Source: Diplonema japonicum (taxonomy: Eukaryota > Protista > Euglenozoa: Diplonemea). From it: a stretch of 64,000 nucleotides of DNA. The notes beneath the pieces are model-generated. The model saw only the letters and a program-made list of their open reading frames with translations, did no database searches and had not been told where the DNA came from. Position 1 is the first letter of the stretch. Every line of letters begins with the position of its first letter. Location of the stretch: contig OZ025716.1 of NCBI GenBank assembly GCA_964019335.1, positions 429,232-493,231 of the forward strand, written 5' to 3'. Below are positions 55,897 to 64,000 of this stretch, one piece after another. Both the position numbers and the translations under genes were made by a program.

Positions 55897-56037
55897 GTCG
55901 TCTGTGTTTTTGTTGGTGCCTGCTGCGTCCGCTCGGTGTCCGTTCGTCGTCGTCTGGGGGGGTTGTTTCGGCCCGGCCCGCCTGCCGTTTAGCAAAGGAT
56001 CCCCTCCCCCCTCAACACAAAAAAAAAAAAAATAAAA

Positions 56038-57114
56038 ATGGACCCTAGACGAAACGTCGTCGGAGACCGCCGCCCGCAGGAGGAACGCCTACGAGAGACG
56101 CCGACCAAGCCGACCACCCGACCAGACCGAAATCTGGCCGGGCAGTATGACCCCTCCCCTCCCCTTAGATCCCCTCTAGATGTCGTCAAAAATAATAAAA
56201 AACATAAAAAAATAGAACCACCCGCAGCCAGCGCGCCCGCTCCCGATTCCGCAGCCGCCACCGCCACCCGCCTGAAGACTGAGAGGGGGGAAAAAAAGAA
56301 AGAAGGAGGGTGGGTGCTCACGGGAGGGGACCACCCCCCGGGCTTAAGAACAGGCCCAGCTCCCACCCACCCAGAGACCTTGCTCTCGGGGGGGTGGGAG
56401 TCCATTTCGGGGAACAAAGGGAGGGAAACCCTCCAATTTGGTTTCAGGTGGGTGGGTCCCCGTGCCAAAGTGCGCCGCACCACCCCGATCCCAGAGGGGG
56501 CCAGGGGTTGGGTGGCGGAGGTGGCCACCGCAGCGGGGCTGGGGATCACCCCAGACCAGGTGCTCGTAAATCGATACGAGCCTGGGTGTGGAATCGCCCA
56601 CCACACCGACGACGTGAGGTTGGGGCCAGTGGTCCTCATCCTCTCGTACGGTGCAGAGACCACGATGGTCCTGAAGAAGGGGTCCAGGGTATCGAAGTAC
56701 CTGGTGCCTCCCTTCACCTGGGCCATTCTGGAGGGTGAGGCCCGCTACGAATGGACCCACCACATCCCCGAAGGGTGTTCTTCGGGCTCCAGGGTGTCGA
56801 TCACCCTGCGGACGGTTGGCTGCCCCGTGCCCCTCCCCTCCCCCTCTGTGTCCTCTGTTGAGGAAATAGAAAAAAAAAATACTGTGTTTGTGGGGAGAAG
56901 GAAAGAGAGTGCGAAGGAGGTGTCCCCGAGAGAGGGAGGCGCCCCTTCCCCCCCTTCCTCCGCTTCTTCTTGTTCTTCTTTCTCTTGTTTATCTGTCCCC
57001 CCTCTTGTAAATTCCCCCCTTGTAAACCCCCCCATTGTAGATTCCCCCCCCTTTGTTTCTTCCCAGGGGGAGGACAAGAAAAAAATAGGTAAGGGTGCAA
57101 AAAAAAATAGGTAA
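56038..57114 (+). CDS. Element ORF A: stand-alone AlkB-family 2OG-Fe(II) dioxygenase
   Basis: RETLQFG, DQVLVNRYEPGCGIAHHTD (HxD), LSYG, GEARYEWTH (distal H), RVSITLR (RxxxxxR); domain ~56308-56817. Confidence 0.85.
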   Translation: MDPRRNVVGDRRPQEERLRETPTKPTTRPDRNLAGQYDPSPPLRSPLDVVKNNKKHKKIEPPAASAPAPDSAAATATRLKTERGEKKKEGGWVLTGGDHPPGLRTGPAPTHPETLLSGGWESISGNKGRETLQFGFRWVGPRAKVRRTTPIPEGARGWVAEVATAAGLGITPDQVLVNRYEPGCGIAHHTDDVRLGPVVLILSYGAETTMVLKKGSRVSKYLVPPFTWAILEGEARYEWTHHIPEGCSSGSRVSITLRTVGCPVPLPSPSVSSVEEIEKKNTVFVGRRKESAKEVSPREGGAPSPPSSASSCSSFSCLSVPPLVNSPLVNPPIVDSPPFVSSQGEDKKKIGKGAKKNR

Positions 57115-57226
57115 GGGTGCAAAAATGGTAAGGGTGCAAAAAAAATAGGTAAGGGTGCAAAAATGGTAAGGGTGCAAAAATGGTAAGGGTGCAAAAAAAA
57201 TAGGTAAGGGTGCAAAAAAAAATAAA
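57086..57226 (+). repeat. Seven tandem GGTAAGGGTGC-A(n) units between ORF A and ORF B
   Basis: Units start at 57088, 57110, 57127, 57148, 57165, 57182 and 57203. Confidence 0.9.
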
Positions 57227-57227
57227 A

Positions 57228-60200
57228 ATGGACCCTAGACGAAACGTCGTCGGAGACCGCCGCCCGCAGGAGGAACGCCTACGAGAGACGCCGACCAAGC
57301 CGACCACCCGACCAGACCGAAATCTGGCCGGGCAGTATGACCCCTCCCCTCCCCTTAGATCCCCTCTAGATGTCGTCAAAAATAATAAAAAACATAAAAA
57401 CCAGGCAATCTGGTTGGGCACAGAGACCGCGGTTTTGACCGCCGCTGCTACAACCACGGCCGCCCCAGCCACCCTGAACGCCGCAGCCGACCCTGCCGCC
57501 CTAATCGCCGCAACTGAGACCGCCGCAGCCGCCCCTGCCGCAGCCACGACCGCCGCGACCACGACCCCTGCAGCCGACCCTGCTATTGTTGAAGAGGGAA
57601 GAAAAGAGGGAGAAAAAAAGGGGTGGGTACTGGTGTATGGTGAACACCCTCCCGGGTTGAGGACGGGCCCGGCCCCTGCCTTCCCGAAAGCCCTGCTTTC
57701 AGGAAAGTGGGAGGCCCTGTCTGGGAACTCAGGGAGGGAGACCCTCCAATACGGGTACCGGTGGGAGGGGACGAACGCCAAGGTGCGCCCCACCACGGGG
57801 ATCCCAGGGGGGGCGGAGGGGTGGGTGAGGGAGGTGGCCGCCGCCGCAGGGCTCGAGGTGGTCCCCAACCAGGTACTTGTCAACAAGTACAAGTCTGGTT
57901 GTGGGATTGCCGCCCACAAGGACGACGCGAGGCTGGGACCGATTGTCCTAGTCCTCTCGTACGGAGCCGAGACCACAATGGTCATGAGGAGGGGGGACAG
58001 GGTGGCGAAATACCTGGTGCCCCCCTTCTCATGGGCATTGTTGGAAGGTGAAGCGAGACACCAGTGGACGCACCACATCCCGTCCGGGATGTCCACTGGT
58101 GTCAGGGTGTCGATCACCCTGCGTGCGGTAGGCCCCAAGCTCACCCGCACACCCCAGGAAGACCCATCCCCTGGGTTAACAGACGAACCCCCTTTTTTAG
58201 ATCCCCTTTTTTGTGGGCAAGGGGGGGTGGCACTCCCAAGAGAGGATAGTGCCCCACCCGCCCCCCTTTTTTTTTTAGAACCCTCTTCGGAGGAAAACAG
58301 ACCCTCTTCGGAGGAAAATAGAGAGAAAGGGGAAGAGGTGGCACTCCCGAGAGAGGGTGGTGCTCCTCCCCCCCATTTGTCCCCCCCTTTTTCATTTTTA
58401 GAGCCCTCTCCAGAGGAACCCTCCACGGAGGTAAAAAACAGACCCTCTTCGGAGGAAAAAAAGGCAGAGGGAGAGACAGCACGCCCGAGAGAAGGTAGTG
58501 CCCCTCCCTCTCTGCCCCCCATTTTTTCTGGACCCTCTACGGAGGTGTACACCCTGGTCCCCAAGGGCCGGGGGCTTTTTTTGAGGGTGGAAGGGAAAGA
58601 AAAAAAAAAAACAAACAAGGAGGAACCTTTTTTCTTTTCAAACAACCAGGGGGACCCAGCACCCACCCCCACCGCCCGCCTAGGTGTGGTTGGGGCGGAG
58701 GCTGCGAGCGACGTGAGAGCACCACTGCACACCCTTGTGAGAAGACAGAAAAGAGCCCCCTGGATTGCCATGGGTGGCAGGGAACCTAAGCCAGCGCCCA
58801 AGCGGAAGAAGAACAGGAGGAGGCACAGGAGCGAAACGGCCCTTCAGAGGCGTCGGGAGAAGAGGACCAAGGCGAGGGAGGGGGCGAGGGAGGCTGCCAG
58901 ACAGGAGAAGAAAAGGCACCGTCGTGCGAGGAAAGAAGGGAGGAGGAGGGCCCGCAGAGAGGAACACGAGGCCGCCCTGGAACAGAAGCCAGATGACCCT
59001 GCAATGGGGCTGAAGCGGACCGAGGTGGGAACGCCTGGAGCCCAACCCCTGGCACCCAGAATCCCGGCACCTGGGGCTGCAACCGGCACAAGGAGGCACC
59101 GCAGACGGACGGGACACAGCAAGGAAGGGGTGAGATGGGAGCACCTGGGGGTGTGGGCCTGGGTCGCCCTGGTCTCCCTCTTGCTGATCCCAGGGGTGAG
59201 GCAGGTGCTGGGGGCGGGCATCGGGATGGCCCCCTCCTTCCTGCATGCGGCAGTGTTGTGGAAGAGGCCGGGGAGCGACAGGAGGACCACCCGCAGGTCA
59301 AGGGTACAGGTGGGGCCCCGAGGGGATGAATGGTCCGCCGGGGAGCTCGCTTGGCTAGCAGTAGGGGGCACTCTGGTGGGAAGCACTTCAGTTTGGATAG
59401 GGGGGCTGATGTCGCTCTGGGCCATGTCGGAAGTGATGGTGTGGAAAGCTGGTGCTGACCCGACCCAGAGATTCGGACCGGTAAAGCTGAGGAAGACAAG
59501 ACGCGGATCGAGAGGTCACTACCTGCCGGTGTACTTGGGCCCGCCTAGAAGCTCAAGACGCAGAAAAAAGAAGGAAGACGCCAAGCAAGCGGCGAAGGAA
59601 CGAGCCGAGACGGAGGATCAGGCCGAACACCTGGACCCCTTTGCGGACTTGACGCTGGCAGGGGACGCGTTGCAAGGAGGTGGTGACCCTCCCCCCATGG
59701 ATTTGGATGATGAGCACATGGAGGCGCAGAAGGAGGGGGAAAAAGAAGGATCAGACAAACATCAATGCCGGATGGAAGACTGCTCTTTCCGCACCAGTGT
59801 GGCAAGCTGTCTAGTTAAACACCTCAATGCGGTCCACCATCATTTTGTGAAACAAGAGCAGGCGAGGAGCATGAAGGTGAACCTCTGTGGAACGTGTGCT
59901 GCGGCGTGCTCGTCGAACCAGACGCACTGTGCACTACACAGGCAGCGGAATCTGTGGAACCCCGACAAACAACCCAGGGCCGGCAAGTCAGTGGACGAGA
60001 TCATGAAGAGCTTCAAGCTGACGAGGAGATCGACGGAGAAGGACGGGAACTGCATGTTCCACGCCCTGGCCGGTTCGCTCGGGGAAGCCTACGGCGACCA
60101 CACCCACATCAGGAGCGAGGTTGTAGAATGGATGAAACACCGGGAGGAGCACTATGCCCCGTTTTGCAGTGAGGGTTGGGACCGGTACTTGGAAGGGATG

Positions 60201-63200
60201 GGCACAGCAGCGACGTGGGGAGACCACTTGTGCCTGGCAGCCGCAGCACAAGCGTTTGGCCGCACGATACTCGTGGTTGCTGGGGGGAACAACCCAGTCC
60301 TGATGATAGGGGAGTACAACTCCGACCACGAGAAGGTGGTGGTGCTGGCGTACAACGGCAACCACTACGAGTATGCAGTCGGAGAGGAGGAGTCGATGAT
60401 GATGCTCCTTGATGAGTCCCAATCGGTAGCTCTACAAAAGGCAGGTAAGCAACCCTCCGAGGCCCCGGGTGAGGACATCGGGGAGTGGGACATAATAGAC
60501 CGTGCGATCCCTGGATACGGGAAGGCAGGGGTGTTGGACCAGATGGGGGCAAGGAACCAGCAATTCCTGTACTGTCCGGTGGCGAACTGCGCTAGGTCGA
60601 AGTGCAAAAGCACGACCCCGTTCAACTCGACAAGGGTATGGAAGTGTCACCTGGATGGGCACCTGGAGAGTGATGAGATCCCGGAGAGCGTTCTGAGGAG
60701 ACTGGACCTCGAGAGGTGCCTGGTGTGCAGGGGCTGTGTGTGGAAGGGTCAGGGGTGCCACGACGAGTGCAAAAAGGCGGTGCGAAGGGAAGGGGAATAC
60801 ACGACCCCCCCGCCGGCCCCGACGAGGACCGAGTTACCCAGCCTGGAAACCATAGCCGCCATGAACGTCACGACCATGGGGTCGATCCCGACGAGCCTTC
60901 AAAGACTGTGGGGGCTTACCCTTAAGCACACTCTGGGCCGAGCGGTGAAGGACAACACAGAAGAGGCTTGGCTGCTGGTGGCGATGCTCCCCAAAGCCTG
61001 CCTGTGGAAGAAGAGGGGAGGGAAGAAGCGGGACAAGGAGACGGAGCTGAGTGTCCAGGCCAGATTGGAGGAGTGGGAGAAGGGAAATTACATGGCCCTC
61101 TGGAATAAGCTGGAATCAGGTGAGAAGGGGGAACCTAAGAACGACGAGGTCTCTAAGGTCGCCAGGGCCACGGAACTGTGCAGCAAAGGGAGGTTCTCGG
61201 CAGGAAACGCGGCGCTTGTAGCCCAGGGGCTGGCGGAAGACAATGAGGATTGCTGGAGAGCGCTGCAGAGCAAACATCCAGAGCCACTACACCCCCAATG
61301 GGACAACCCGGCGAAGACGAAGGAAGCGGTAGAAGTCTTGCCAGAAGAAGTGCTGGACGCAATCAGGGACTTCCCGAGGGGGACTGCTGCGGGACCGACT
61401 GGTCTGAGAGCCCAGCACATCAAGGACGCGGTGGACGGAGCTTTTGAGTCTCAAGGCTGTTTGATGTCGGTGACGAGGGCAGTCAACGCATTAGCTAGAG
61501 GCACGGCCCCTAGGGAGGTGGCTCCGCTGATGGCAGGGGCGAACCTTGTGGCCCTCAAGAAGAACGACAGGGACGTGCGGCCCATAGCCGTTGGGGATGT
61601 GCTGCGTCGGCTGGTGGGGAAATCCCTTGTGAAGAAGATCGCTCCGGAAGTGGCCTCTTCGTACCTGAAAAGAAAGGCGGCCAGGTGGGGGTATCGGTCC
61701 CTGCTGGAATGGAGGCGGCTATACACACCATCAGGCAGTATGTGGACAGGGAACGGGGCAACAAGCAGGAAAACAAGGTGATCCTCAAGATCGACTACGC
61801 CAACGCCTTCAACAGTGTTTGTCGGAGGCAGCTGTGCTCACAGGCCTATGAGCAAGCGTCGGGGCTGTATGCGTGGGCCGATTGGTGCTACAGGGTGCCC
61901 TCCCAATTATACTACAACGGAAAGGTGATTAAGTCCCAGGAAGGGGTGCAACAGGGGGACCCGATGGGACCGCTGCTGTTCTCTCTGGCCATCCAACCCC
62001 TGGTGAACAAGATAAGTGAAGACTGCAACCTGGACATCCTCCAGTTCTACCTGGACGATGGCGTCCTTGTGGGGAATGTGGATGAAGTGAGAAAGGCGTA
62101 CAACATCTTGTGTGAGCTGAGCGGAATGATAGGGCTGAAAGTGAAACCCCAGAAGTGCGAGCTCATATGGGTTAGTGGCGACCTCCCCCAGACAGTGGAG
62201 GACACAGGCTTCGATGGCCTGACAGAAGAGAATTTCCACAAAGAGAGGAACTTCATGCTCCTGGGGGCGCCGATAGGATCGCCGGAGTACACGCAAGCCT
62301 TTCTGAACAAACGCTTGGACGCGCTGGAAGAGAACTTCGACATGCTGACCAAGGTGGGGAGGCAGACAGGGTACACACTTCTCCGGTATTGCAGCTCATA
62401 CAGCAAACTGGTGTTTTACATGAGAGTGGTCCCAGACTCGCATGTGGGAGGGGTCATGCACAGGTTCGACGAGATGGTGCGGAAGACGATGTCGAAGGTG
62501 TGCGGCATGCAGTTCGAGAACGGGTCGAAAGAATGGCAGCAGGCGAAACTGTCCGTAAAAGTCGGTGGGCTTGGGATGAGGAGCTGCCAGGAGCACCTGC
62601 GCGCGGCCAACATGGCTTCGAGGGCGTCGACGATGAAGCTGTGCAAGGAGCTGGATCCCAAATACGAACATGGGCTGGAAGGGGGTGTATGGGGGAGCTG
62701 GCTCGAGTGGTTCAACAGGACGAAGGGCGGCATGCAGATTACACCCGACATGGTGGCCAAGGCCCCCCACATCTGCAGCCAGAGGTGGCTCTCTAGGGTG
62801 CTTGATGAGAAGGCGCTGGAGGACCTCTTGGCGAAAGCAGATGCACGCTCGAGAGCGAGGTTGATGTCGGAGTCAATGCACTATGCGGGAGCGTGGTTGA
62901 CGGCGACGCCTGACTTCTACAACCAGCTGTCGGACAACGAGTTTGGGGCTCTGATCAAGTGGTGGTTGGGGGCTCCGGTCTACAAGCAGGGTGAGAGCTG
63001 CCACGACCCGAGGTGCAAGACTGAGGGGATGGACGTATGGGGTGACCATGCCCAGGGATGCGGCAACGCCAGGATTGCGAGGCACGACCGGGTGAAGGAG
63101 ACCATCCACAGACACTGTCAGTGGGCCGGGGTGAGCGCAACGATGGAGAAGACGGGGCTGATCCCGGGGTCGTCCCAGCGCCCGGCGGACGTGTTCTTCC

Positions 63201-64000
63201 CAGGTGGGGTGGGGGGTTCCCGCCCAATGGCTATGGACGTGGTCATCGTGCACCCGAGGAACGAGTCTTGTGTCAACCAGGCGGCGAAGACTGCGGGGTA
63301 CGCAGCGGCGAAGGCGGAACACTACAAGCGCCAGAAGTATGAGGCGGAGCTCGCCAAGACACGCGTGGCCTTTGTACCTTTCGCGATGGAGACCTTTGGG
63401 GGGTTCGGGGAGGCAGCAGTCTACCTCACGAAGAAACTGTCCAGGAGCATAGCTGCGCGGGCTCACGGGGACAGAGTCTCGATACACAGGCGTGTGGTCC
63501 AAGAGGTGTCAACGGCCATGATGAGATCGATAGCAGGGGCGCTGTTAGTCAAAGGGCCTGTACAGTTGGATCCAGGGCCCCCGGTACCGGACGGCGAAGA
63601 GGAAAAAAAGGACAACGAGGAAGCGAACAACGAACCCAACACTGAATCCAACACTGACCTCACAGAGGACTCCTTCGGCAATGAAAAAACCACCGAAGCT
63701 GAGGAGTCGTCCGAGAGGGAAGTGAAGGGACAGGGAGGCGGACCCCCAATCACGGTGGCCCACCAGCTGGATGCCCTTCTGGAGCAGACGAAGAAGGACC
63801 TGGACGCCCGAATGCAGCAGCAGCGAAAGGCGGAACCGGAGGAGGGTGGAACACAAGGGAACCCGCAAACCCGCAAACCCGCAAACCCGCAAACCCGCAA
63901 ACCCGCAAACCCGCAAACCCGCAAACCCGCAAACCCGCAAACCCGCAAACCCGCAAACCCGCAAACCCGCAAACCCGCAAACCCGCAAACCCGCAAACCC
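57228..64000 (+). CDS. Element ORF B polyprotein: AlkB - basic region - hydrophobic segments - C2H2 - OTU - C2H2 - RT - CCHC - RLE; one -1 frameshift near 61667; no stop in window
   Basis: AlkB 57621-58133; OTU DGNCMFHAL...WGDH...NHYE ~60012-60371; C2H2 fingers ~59760-59838 and ~60570-60665. The frame starting at 61667 contains QGDP (61952), YLDD (62048) and RPAD (63179) and stays open to 64000. Confidence 0.85.
63860..64000 (+). repeat. (AACCCGCA)n octamer tandem array, at least 17 units, cut by the window edge
   Basis: Perfect repeats from 63860 to the end. Confidence 0.95.

Larger units (their letters stand above)
55897..64000 (+). mobile_element. CRE/SLACS-clade non-LTR retrotransposon carrying AlkB x2, OTU, zinc fingers, RT and RLE (3' end beyond window)
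   Basis: Begins directly after the SL exon. CRE-type RT motifs GPTGLR, RPIAVG, QVGV, KIDYANAFN, GVQQGDP, YLDD, LLGAPIG, GGLG; then CCHC, RHD, RPAD...D endonuclease. Confidence 0.9.

Noticed and set aside
57086-57226. Possible CRISPR array
   Set aside because: 11-bp core with only A-tract spacers, no unique spacers, no cas genes, eukaryotic context.
56801-58801. 666-aa minus-strand ORF within the retrotransposon
   Set aside because: Low-complexity antisense of ORF A/B and the minisatellite; no domain signal.
61660-61680. Programmed ribosomal frameshift
   Set aside because: No canonical slippery heptamer and the shift falls inside the RT domain; an indel is more parsimonious.
63860-64000. 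Terminal array as a telomere
   Set aside because: The C-rich strand faces the right end, the unit differs from the TTAGGG known in euglenozoans, and the window edge need not be a chromosome end.

Overview
Eukaryotic nuclear DNA, most likely from a diplonemid (Euglenozoa). Evidence: every credible protein gene (about 30) is on the + strand, as in a polycistronic unit; short GT-AG introns are present; and a 39-nt euglenozoan spliced-leader (SL) exon lies at 55858-55896. The first 54 kb holds housekeeping and expanded-family genes. These include two bacterial-type DUF6067/GH123-like glycoside hydrolases, two divergent beta-tubulin-like genes, five N-terminal ubiquitin-like fusions (3 ankyrin, 1 LRR, 1 degenerate kinesin), a RelA/SpoT-synthetase-like + TPR protein and an M1 aminopeptidase. 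The same region has two inverted copies of a ~2.1-2.3 kb non-autonomous TIR transposon (TTA target duplication) that carries tRNA-like units and a retroelement fragment, plus a decayed non-LTR retrotransposon. The most striking feature is the last 8 kb: a CRE/SLACS-clade non-LTR retrotransposon that starts immediately after the SL exon. It encodes two AlkB-type 2OG-Fe(II) dioxygenase domains, an OTU cysteine protease, zinc fingers, reverse transcriptase and an RLE endonuclease. Its frame runs without a stop into an (AACCCGCA)n array at the window edge. All family calls come from motif recognition by eye; no database search was run.
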